From assembly GCA_964016885.1 (NCBI GenBank), contig OZ024742.1, forward strand, positions 134,602,001-134,666,000: a DNA stretch of 64,000 bases, written 5' to 3'. Source of the DNA: Eledone cirrhosa (taxonomy: Eukaryota). A program made the translations under genes and the position numbers. Below the pieces are notes generated by a model, which saw only the letters and a list, made by a program, of their open reading frames with translations, did not search any database and had not been told where the DNA came from. Positions 12,184 to 23,541 of the stretch are shown piece after piece. Position 1 is the first letter of the stretch. Every line of letters begins with the position of its first letter.

Positions 12184-12234
12184 AGATTTCTGATGATTTC
12201 TAAAGACTGAAACAGTTCTAGTCCTGTAGAATCT
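12184..12234 (+). ncRNA. Type-I hammerhead ribozyme motif with decayed stem II
   Basis: agattt-CTGATGA-tttctaaagact-GAA-ACAG-ttctagtc-CTGT-A-gaatct. Stem I 6 bp (one G-U), stem III 4 bp. Confidence 0.55.
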
Positions 12235-12367
12235 CATCTATATTGAAACTATATATATATATATATATATATGTAGAAGTTCTATTTAAATTGTTGGGAT
12301 ACAACAAGCAAATATTTTTATAACTGATATAAAGCAGTCAACAAATTATTGGAGTAAAAAAGTAAAA

Positions 12368-12503
12368 ATACGATATATTAACAAATGGAAACTATATTTA
12401 TAAAACCATATTTATTTCATTATACATTAACTTGGTGTCCTTGAAATATGTTTAATGAAATAAATATGGTTTTATAAATATAGTTTCCGTTTGTTAATAT
12501 ATC

Positions 12504-12507
<4 letters not shown>
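12368..12507. repeat. Near-perfect 60-bp inverted repeat with 20-bp spacer
   Basis: 12368-12427 pairs with 12448-12507 with two mismatches. Confidence 0.92.
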
Positions 12508-12545
<38 letters not shown>

Positions 12546-14463
12546 GAAAATGTACATTCAGTAATTCTGTAGGCAGAAAAACGAGTGTGCTTTCATTTCT
12601 GAAAATGTACATCAATTCGTAAATTCGTAATGATTTTTCTATAAGAAGTGTATATATTACATACACGGAAGACTGTAGCTTGAACATTGCTTCTAGCCAT
12701 ATTGACATTCTGTTATTGAAGATGCAGCTGGCACCTCAAGGAGTAGGAAATCTGTTTCAAAGTCTTCTCTTTCAAAACGATGTCCACCCACATGGGACTT
12801 GAACTGTGGACATATTGTGATGAAACGTATCGAAATACCGTAATATACTTTACACGTTCTTCTACAATTTCACCAACTAAATGCCCACGTCAACTTTAAT
12901 ATCAGTTAGTTAAATGAGTTATTCAAAAGTTGGGTATATGATGCTAATGTAACTCCCCATTCGGTATTTTTCCATTTTCCTGGTTTTCCTCTTAAATTTC
13001 TATTTTCAATAGAAAATGTTAATGTAATGTCATCACAACGCTTTACAAAATAAAATAAGAATTCCACTTCATAAATCTGGCGATCATTTTCTAACAGTTT
13101 GATATCACCCATCTACTTATTTATTAATTTATTCTATGCAATTGAAGGAACCACAAATAAAAGACAAAACAATGCCAACAACAGTTCACCAAATTGCCAT
13201 TAGATAGCCATTGAAATGAAGCCGAAAGTAATAAAAAAATTCCTTTTTTTTCCTGAGAGTCAATTTTCTTACCAATTAAGCTTGGTTGACATTTCGATAA
13301 AGATAGTTTACAAAGCGAGCTATACTGTCCATGTTATGGCAAATATTAGGGTAGCGAGGGCGGTAAAATGGTAGAAAGGGTATTTTGTTTTTTACTAAAT
13401 GCCATGAATTATTTAGATGAGTTTCTATATGTTGTGAGTTCAAATGCGGCCGAATCCTCTTTGTAGGAATGAATAATATACGGATTTTTGAATCGACAAC
13501 GCATCACGAATAACATATGATGAGCCGATGCAACAAATGATTTATCTATTTCTATGGCAATGAATCTGCATCATCATAACCATCGTCAATGTAATAATCA
13601 GGATTTTAACACTCCTCCTCCTCATCATCATCATTATTCTCCCATGTATTTCGTAACTTAGTAACTATTGCTTCTTTTATATTAGTTATCTTCCTCTTGA
13701 GCAAAACATTTTGTTCACAGAAATATATTCCTTTAATATATGTTAGATATCCACTTTTATGTCATCTTTAGATGTAGCTTTCCTCTAACCTTATTATTTA
13801 CTATACTAGCTTAAGTGAGCTACTGATTTTTCAGTTTCTATTGCATTGATTTAATGCGTATTTTATGTAAAAAAAAAAAAGAAGATAATTATTTTCCGAT
13901 GCTTTAATTCATTTCCTATGCTTGTAACGGCAAAATGCTCTCATTGAGAGGGCTTTTAGCAATAAATGTTACATAAGGTATCATTTCGGTTTACCAAACG
14001 GTGTAATGGTTACAGTGAATTGATTCCAAGGTCCATCTGGTGCCAAATTCCGATCCATCTTTTCCGATGATACGGGGCAACACAAAAAGAGTCCGAATCT
14101 AATGAGTATCCAGGAATCTCTTCATGTGCAGTGGTCTCAAATCATGTCTGGATGTCTCCAACTATGTTATTTCGAATTCACACTGATTAGATTTCGAATT
14201 TACCTTCCTCATGACGCGTTGTTTGGGGTCTGAACCTCCATCTGATTATCTCTTTACTCATCCTTAGCTCTCCAACATGAGCTAATAACACGTATACTTA
14301 CTCTTCAAGCATTGAATTGCTAATTTATTAAATATGAAGGCCAGTGAGATTGCCCAGCTATCATATTTTACACCACATAACCGTAAATACCAGTACAATA
14401 ACCGAAAGGTTTAAGAACGTCACATGGTGACTAATCTAATTAAAATGTATTAGTATTATATTT

Positions 14464-14560
14464 AGGTTAACTTTGCCTTTCATCCTTACGGGGTCGATAA
14501 AATAAAGTACCAGTAATGTACTGGTTAATTGCTGGCATTGTGCAAAAAGTAGAAACAATT
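14464..14560 (+). mobile_element. SINE family A, 5'-truncated
   Basis: Core and tail. Confidence 0.88.
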
Positions 14561-14698
14561 ATATTTAATTTAGGTAGAAAAGCTGTAATCTGGGCTGAGA
14601 GGTAAGTCGTTTACATAACCATTAATACTTGACTCCATAATATGAAAGACAAAATTGCTAGCCGAAAATCAATATACCGTAATTAGAGATATATAAAT

Positions 14699-14915
14699 AA
14701 TTGTTTCTACTTCAGGCACAAGGCCAGCCATTTGAAGGGGAGGGGAAAGTCGATTAAATCGATTCCAGTCATTACTGGTACTTTATTTTACCAACCCCAT
14801 AAAGATGAAAGGTGATCTAACCTCGGCGGGATTTGAACTCAGACGGTAAAGGCCATACCTCTACGCTGCAAACCATGGTGTCTGTCGCTCTACCGACACT
14901 GTCAATTCATCGTCC
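14699..14915 (-). mobile_element. SINE family A, long variant
   Basis: Carries an extra gatttaatcgactttcccctc segment before the tail. Confidence 0.88.
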
Positions 14916-14981
14916 AAAGAAATATATATGTAATAACAATACGCACATAATGATGACAGTAAGCTACTGGCATTATATATA

Positions 14982-15144
14982 TCGGACGCCATGCTTTGCA
15001 GCATAGAGTTACGGCCCTTGCTATACTGTGTTCAAATCCCGCCGAGGTTAACTTTGCCTTTCATCCTTACGGAGGTCGATAAAATAAAGTACCAGTAATG
15101 CACTGAGGTTGATTGCTGGCCTTGTGCCAAAAGTAGAAACAATT
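14982..15144 (+). mobile_element. SINE family A
   Basis: B-box, core and tail. Confidence 0.88.
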
Positions 15145-15154
15145 ATATATATCT

Positions 15155-15356
15155 GGGCGGTGGATTAGCAGAATCAGTAGAGTGTCGAATACCTTGCTTC
15201 GCGGCATAGTTACGTCTCGTTACGCTCTGAGTCAAATCCCGCCGAGGTTAACTTTGCCTTTCATCCTTAAGGGGTCGATAAAATAAAGTACCAGTAATGC
15301 ACTGAGGTTGATTTAATCGACTTTCCCCTCCTCCCAACTTACTGGCCTTGTGACAA
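15155..15356 (+). mobile_element. SINE family A, long variant
   Basis: Starts gggcggtggattagcag; same extra segment as 14699-14915. Confidence 0.88.
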
Positions 15357-15763
15357 TCATTATATGTATCCGTAATTTGTTCCCTACTGAGGAAAGATGC
15401 TGCGCTACTCAGTATTACCTTTCATCGTTTCGTAGTGGATAAAATAAATCACTAGTTATATATTTGGGTAAATTTAATGGACACTCCTCTGGCCCTACTC
15501 ACCATGCTCGCAATTGAAATCATTATTGTTATTGTTATTATCACCAGCAGAAATATTTCTTAACAGCGTTGCGTTTATATTACCATTGCTATTGATCACG
15601 AGAATGTCTTTTGTACCCCTTTATTCTTGAATAATAAACGAGAAAAAAGATTAAACAAGACTATCAGAAAATTCACAGGTGCAGAATTGTTTGAGGTTTG
15701 AAACATGTGTGCGTGTATATACCGTATGTATATTTATAGGTGTGTATGCGTATTCACACACAC

Positions 15764-15820
<57 letters not shown>

Positions 15821-16325
15821 GTGTGTGTGTGTGTCTTTAAGTATGTGTCTGTGAAAGAATGTGTATTATTTTTCATTTCATTAATAGAAAAATGAATGCC
15901 AAAGATATCTTATGTCAGATGTCAAATTGGAAGAAGGAAGTTCTTGAATTCTGAAAGCTTGTAGTATGTGATATTATTGTTTCTTAACATTCTTCATTTT
16001 TATACAACAGACGCAAGTTAAAGTGTTTTTTCTCGTATTTCTGATAAGAACTTTACTAAATTTCGAAACATTATTAAGGAAACACGCCTCCCCCACCTAC
16101 ATCAGACATTTGCCAACAAATCGTGCAATATAATTTCAGAAAAATAACAAAGAATACAAACTAAAGATATAAACGTTTGGTTAAAGATGTAGTTGTGGGT
16201 TCAGTCAGGCAGCGAGTTATTTAGCGCAAGTGTCTTCTAATGTCAACTGGGTTTTACAAATAGCTGTTCTGTGGAATTTGATGGGCGGAAACAACAGAAG
16301 GCCACCATATATATATATATATATA

Positions 16326-16360
<35 letters not shown>

Positions 16361-16680
16361 GTATATATATATATGTATAATGTATAATTTTTTCAACATA
16401 TAATATATACGTATTTGTGGTCACATATACACTGATATGCTTGGTCTCATGTATGTACTTACACACACATTTTTTTCAATATACACATGCATTTGTACAT
16501 ACACACATATGTACATTTGTAGGTGCATATACACACATTTATACACATAGCCTTACTATATTTCCTTATTTTATTTTCATATATCTCTTGCATTACTTTT
16601 ATTTATATATTTTTGGGGCTCGTTAAACTTTTGCCTTTCTTGAGGAGATTTTTCAAATATTTCACTATGTTTTAAATTGC

Positions 16681-16746
16681 TTTGTCTGACGAACGAATGA
16701 GGACGTTTCTCGTTTTCGTCTTCTTCGGGAAACCTCTGGTAACGAG
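16681..16746 (+). ncRNA. Type-I hammerhead ribozyme motif
   Basis: tttgt-CTGACGA-a-cgaa...ttcg-g-GAAAC-ctctg-GTA-acgag. Stem I 5 bp with two G-U pairs; extended stem II. Confidence 0.55.
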
Positions 16747-16852
16747 GTAATTATATTGTATTGGTTATTATATATTTACATTTAGCTCTCTAACTTACAT
16801 AGAGCACTCTTCACTCCTATGACTTTTTCAATTTTCAACGGAAACTTCAATA

Positions 16853-16889
<37 letters not shown>

Positions 16890-16974
16890 AACGATCGACT
16901 TTCGTCAAATCGGACCGAGGGAACAATGTTTCCGTTGGTCTTTCCAATTGCTAATACTATCTATCGGTCGCAAC

Positions 16975-17104
16975 TCCAGGTAGAAGGAGCAACGTGAAAT
17001 AAAGTGTCTTGCTCAAGGACAGAACGCATCGCCTTGTCCAGGAATCGAACTCACAACCTTACGATTGCGAATCCAATTCTCTAACCACTCAGCCACACGC
17101 CTTC
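16975..17104 (-). mobile_element. tRNA-derived SINE, family B (CORE-like)
   Basis: Minus strand: A-box tggctgagtgg, B-box gagttcgattcc, then gtccttgagcaagacactttatttcac. Confidence 0.8.
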
Positions 17105-17777
17105 ATAAATATATATAATTTTCTACTACCCTTTATGATTAATTAATTATTTGATTAATTGAGTGATTGATTATTTATTGTTTTGTTTGAAAACCTAGTT
17201 GAGATCTTAATTCTAGGCTGTGAATAGTTTCCTTTGTTCACACTTTTGAATATACCCGTCGAAGCCTTGACGTGAACTTCCTCTTTTCTTGAGAAAGAAC
17301 ACTAGACGAAACTGCTAAATTCTCTACTACAATCCTTGGCAGTGGAGTTAATAAGCCGTCCTTGATGGATAACGGAACGAAATGCATGTTGAGAAAGGGA
17401 TATCCTCGTTCCATCTTAGGATACCATAATGACGTGCATGTTAATATTCTTGGAGTGTAGCTTACATATTCCCAGAAACCACTCGAAGATATTTATATAG
17501 GATCTATCGATCAGGTCCAGGTTCGTCTTTAACCTGTTTGCATTTTCGTTGTTGTATAAATAATTTGTCAACATGCCTCCGGTCGTAATTTACACTGTCA
17601 CATATCAAATTTATTGTCATTACTCTGAACAATAATTTATCGATTTATTGATACTGCCTCATTGAGTGCTTCGTGGAATTCTGAGAAAATCGATTTCGAA
17701 ACACTGCTAATCGCAGGTGCAACTTCGATTATGCTCACTATTATATATATATATATATATTTATTACTATTATTTCA

Positions 17778-17878
17778 CGCCGAGGTTAACTTTGCCTTTC
17801 ATCCTTACAGGGTCGATAAAATAAAGTACCAGTAATAGACTGGGTATTTGCTGGCCTTGTGCCAAAAGTAAAAACAAC
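17778..17878 (+). mobile_element. SINE family A, 5'-truncated
   Basis: Core and tail. Confidence 0.88.
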
Positions 17879-18059
17879 TATTACTATCACTATTTGTGTA
17901 ACCTATGCAACTTAACAATATTCTGTATGACCGCAATTGACGATGCATATAATGCTGAAAACGGTATTGTAAATAAATTAATGTTTTGATATTTCACTGA
18001 AAAAATCTCTTCAACAACATTTTCTACTTAATAAATCGTTTTCCTTTCTACCATTTGTT

Positions 18060-18109
<50 letters not shown>

Positions 18110-19688
18110 TATGCACTATAAATTATACATTATTTTTCCAGTGATGGATAAACATATTGAAACAATGATGCTGAAGTATTTGGGAATTTACCACACCTAA
18201 GAATATCTATATTAGGGATGGCGTATTATTCCATATGCTTTACTAAACACCGCTATTATAGATTAGAATATCACTAGTCCAAATTGCGTTAGGTTACTAT
18301 TTAATACTAAGCTGTATGTGCCATGAATGTAAATAAATGATACACCTATTTCTCTATATAATTTATAATATTGATTTAACAATCAAAGGTGCATGCATGG
18401 AAATAATATAAAATATTGAAACTATATTTACAAATAATATTTCAAATTAATAAAATTCTCTTTTGTTTCCCGCTTTAATCATTATCCAGTGGTTGCAAGT
18501 TTAAGAACAGTGAAAATAAGATATTTTCCAAAATAATTTTTATCTAAACTTCCGTAAAATAATTGTTCCTGAAACAAAACAAATAGTAGTAATGAAAATA
18601 TTTGTATAGAATTTGTGAAACATTTAAAAGTGATCATTAGATATATATTTTTTTTTTTAGTTTTCCAATAATGGATGTGGCTTTAGTTAATAAATTAGTT
18701 TCATACACATCTTTAAATGGCTTAAGAATGTTTTGTGTTGAGCTGACCGTAAGCCATGAAAAGATTTCTGTGTGCTTTGTTCGTATTTGTATGATTGTTT
18801 ATCGGATTGCCATAAATCTTGTTTCATGAAGATATTTGAACAATGTTCTTTTATCACACTGTTATTTAAATTAGGCGAATACGCTTCAAATAGTCAGACT
18901 ATTTGTCTACACCATTCATAGACTTCTTTGCGACTATACATGCTAGAATAGATTAAAATAAAGCATCGGAATATCTTCAGTTTTTTCAAAATTTATTCTA
19001 ATTATTGTTTGATTTTAACTCTGTTATACTGAAGACGTATTAAAGCCAATGTTATTATAACGGTGGTTAATTTTATTTCCGTATACTATTAGTAATTTCC
19101 ATTATAAATCAATGGGAAATAATATGAAGTTAAAAAAGAGAATGATTAATTTGTGTATATACGTTTCGTCGTGCTACTGCAGTTTGAATGGATTACAGAT
19201 TTAATGTTTTCCATGAGTCATTTGGTCTGCTTATTAATTTTGTATAGCATTTGTACTGGTCAAGCAAATACTCAACTTTATGGACACAAGAATAATGGTA
19301 TGAATAACATAAAACGCATATCGCTGGTGCCGGCAAATCTAAATTTAGCGGTAGCAAGTAGTGTGTAATGATATTGTGCTGGAGATGAAGTATGTTTTAA
19401 CAAAATCACATAGGAGAGGATACTGACATTCTAATGCATTGACATAAAACATTTAATGTTCGCGGTATCTGCAAAAAATAGTCGCCCTAACCCCTATAAA
19501 AATGGATAAGGATTAACTATAACATTACAGATCTACAGACAATTAGTTTGAATTAATTCCGCACGATCAGTTAACATAAATCAATAAGAATTATCTTATA
19601 TAAGCAAAAGATAACGGTACATTTTCAAGCATTGTCAGATTTATATACTTTATATTTGCAACTTTTTTCTGTGTTTAAATTAAATGGC

Positions 19689-19759
<71 letters not shown>

Positions 19760-20192
19760 ACGCACACACGCATATATATATATATATACATATATACCAA
19801 TAGCTGAAGCCATAAAGTTTAGATGTGTCTTTGCCCATAAATATCACACATCTGATGAGATGTCGAAAAGGGAGTCGTGCCCCGTCAAATTGATTTTTTC
19901 CTGAGTCGATCAATATTAAAACAATTGTAAAAATGCAAACAAAGTTTGTATATATGCTGCAACACTGACTTCGATACTTTCAATCGATTTACACTCTGTA
20001 CATGGTAGCCATAACACTGGAATACCCAAACGTAACCGACTTCGTAACAGCATTGAGTGATTCCAGCTGCGCACCACCTGTAACTGTTGTTACACCTAAC
20101 ACACACACACACACGCATATATATACATATATGTTTATGTGTGTGTGTGTGTGTTTGAATGGATGTATGTATTCACACACACACATACATAC

Positions 20193-20231
<39 letters not shown>

Positions 20232-20373
20232 ACGAAGGAAATGTGGCAAGGAACCAGATGGACCATAACGCACCAATGTACTCAATACTTAGGGTAGTAG
20301 AGTGGGTAATAGGAACGAGTCCAGAATTAGCCGTCGAAACGGCTTGAGCTCAGCCGCCGGGGCCCTACTCGTT

Positions 20374-20421
<48 letters not shown>

Positions 20422-20647
20422 GTGGATGCGTACACCTACACTTCTCTTAAATTCCCCTTTGTTGATAAACGTCAATATTTTTTTATCTCGTCCGACATTC
20501 TCTTTTTCCTAAGTTCACTCACGTTCAATACTTGATTTACAACCAGCATCCGATATGAGGTAGACATTTCGTTTTGCTTTTGTTTCTTTCAACCGTTGAC
20601 CTAATAACATTTTTCATTTTTTTAGCTTCTACTACACATATATATTC

Positions 20648-20650
<3 letters not shown>

Positions 20651-20742
<92 letters not shown>
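20651..20742. repeat. (TG)n microsatellite
   Basis: Direct reading. Confidence 0.95.
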
Positions 20743-20744
<2 letters not shown>

Positions 20745-21813
20745 CTTGTATGTGTGTATGTGTGGCTATTTAACATGTATTTTCTTTAAATATGATATGC
20801 TTTAACATGATTTTACTTCTGTATAAACCTATGAAATCCGAGTAATTTTCCAATCTTGAGAACAATGGATTGCATTAGCGTTAACCAATATTAAATTAGA
20901 AGTGGAGATTTCTTTTTAGAATCAACATTCTTCTTTTGTCTCATGTATAGAGCAGATCAGTTATTATAAATTAAAAATGTCAACTGTAAGAGTATCGTGT
21001 TTACAATAACGTTTATGTGTGTATGAGTGTATGTATATGTACATACACTCATACACACACATGTATGTATGCGTGTATGTATCTAAGTATGTATGTAAGT
21101 ATGCATAGTTGTATGTGTATGTAGATGTATGTTTCTTTTTATGCGGAACAGATGATACACCTGTGGAGTTGAAATATTACGTAAATGTGGCATGTTATAT
21201 GTAATTGTACATGCATATATAACTAAATAGGTGCTTAAACTCATACATGCACAATCAGGCAGACACGCAGACACCTACGCATGCACACATACATACATAC
21301 ATACATACATACATACATACATACATACATACATACATACATACATACATACATACAAACGTACATGCATACGTAACAACTACGTATTTAGGTATGTGCA
21401 TATATACATGTATTTATGCGTATAATTTCCTTCGCAACAGCTATTACCATATTCATAAGGTGTTGGCTCTTCGGCTCATTAAGTATGAATCTTTAGACCA
21501 GCACAAATGCTGCATTACACTCTTAAATAAGTCATTTGTCCCTATCAGTAATCCGAACAATATTTCATTGATTTGTGGCTGCGTTAATGGCGGAGCATAT
21601 GGAAGTTATTGCCGAGGTAGAATGAAGGTTGGGTAATGGCATATTACAGTAGTGCACTACTAAACATTGAAATATTTGAATATTCATTTAAGAATGGATC
21701 AATATCACAATTTCCACTGTCCTTACTTCGATTATTATGTACTTATATCGATACGTATGAAATATTTCCGTGCTCAGAGAAACACAAATTATCGTGGGCT
21801 TGTACGATAATGT

Positions 21814-22005
<192 letters not shown>

Positions 22006-22385
22006 CCTTATGAGAAAGAAGTTTGTAAATCAACCACCAATAAAACTAGATATAATTGATAATAAGGTTTCACTTATTTTTTTCCCCTAATCAGTCCTCG
22101 ACCGAGATGCCGGTCTGTTTTCGAAAATAGTAAAGCGTGCGAGTTGGGAGGAATTTACCCTAACTTCTAGCTCTCAGATTCTGCCTCTTCGTCTGCCATG
22201 CTATCAATATACAGTAAAGGAACACTAAACCTGACGCTCAATCTACCTTACCTACTCTTTTTAACTAACTAAAATGTTTACTCGATTGTTGTCTGCTGGT
22301 CTCATATCTATCCCTCTGCCCCTTTTATCGCCCTATCACTACCACTTGTTCCCTCTCTGTACATGTGCCTCTCTGTCTTTCTGTG

Positions 22386-22418
<33 letters not shown>

Positions 22419-22745
22419 GGAGAGAGAGGGGGAGGATGTCATACACATAAAGAGAAAAAAGAAGTAAAATGAGAGAGGGGATGAGAGAAAGACATGCATG
22501 GAGGGGCGCGCACACACACACACACACACATATATAATATATATATATATAGAGAGAGTTGTTATATAGTAAGGTGTATTATTGGTTGTGCAAAACCGTC
22601 GAATAAATTTATGTTAGCAATTTTAAGTTCTCCACGCTTTAGTATAACTCCAATTCCATTCAAGGGAAAAGCTAGATGATGTAAAACGGAGTATTAGTAT
22701 CAAAATGAAAATCCGAAGGCAAGGTAAAATTTCCAATCATTTTAA

Positions 22746-22819
22746 TCACGACACGTGTTTCAATAAGAGATAGATCGATCGTGAAGCCATGATCAATTAT
22801 CAATGAACTCATCAGGTGA
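22746..22819 (-). ncRNA. Hammerhead ribozyme motif in the inverted pseudo-LTR
   Basis: Minus strand: tcac-CTGATGA-(47 nt, ~30-nt insertion relative to the other copy)-GAAAC-acgt-GTC-gtga. Confidence 0.7.
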
Positions 22820-23541
22820 AAATGAATTATCTTCAAATTCTTGATATGAGGGAGTAAATTAACAATGTTCACTCTCATAGTTTATTCCCTCATATGAAGA
22901 TCAAGCAGTCAAAATGCGGTGATTGCTATCAACTTCAGTTAAGGTCATAAAACCAACAAGTTTTTATATCTCAATAGCTGCAAAAGACGCTGGACATCAA
23001 TCAAATCTGTAGAAATACAGTCGGTCACAGTTAATGTGAGTGGGTACACACACACTCAACACCCACAGACACCGACACGAGGTCAAAGAAAAAAATATAT
23101 ATACACACATCAACACAGTATTAAATCTGTCGAACTATAGATGGTCACAATTAGTATGAGTGGGTACACACACACTCTCACAGACACCGAAGCGAGGTCA
23201 AAGAAAAAACAATAAATATAAATATAAGAATATACCAACATAGCATTCACTGAAAGTTAGTTTACAAAACAACAAATACTACATTGGTTAAATCTCAATG
23301 TGACGATGCAAATATTGGGTCAACCAAAGCCCCATGCACACATACATACACACCCAAGTAAGTAAGTTCAGTTCAGTGTTCCGCTATACGTGTATAGATT
23401 GAATTGTAACATCCGTATCTCCATATAGTGTATGTTGTGGTATATACACATCCGTATCGTCCAAAAAATGTGTGTCTAGGTATACACACATCCATAAAGC
23501 TCCTAAATCTGTTGAGCACTTAATGCTGTTAAGCAAGGAAT

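Noticed and set aside
12740-13200. Faint mariner transposase-like peptides on the minus strand
   Set aside because: Too degenerate; no catalytic motif or TIR pair could be confirmed.
10050-17700. Possible ancient LINE fragments on the minus strand at ~10050-10700, ~14000-14300 and ~17200-17700
   Set aside because: Only vague motif resemblance; not supportable without a profile search.
19847-19875. CTGATGA-gatgtc-GAAA
   Set aside because: No GUH or helix III and no stem I; the competing hairpin acatct/agatgt dominates.
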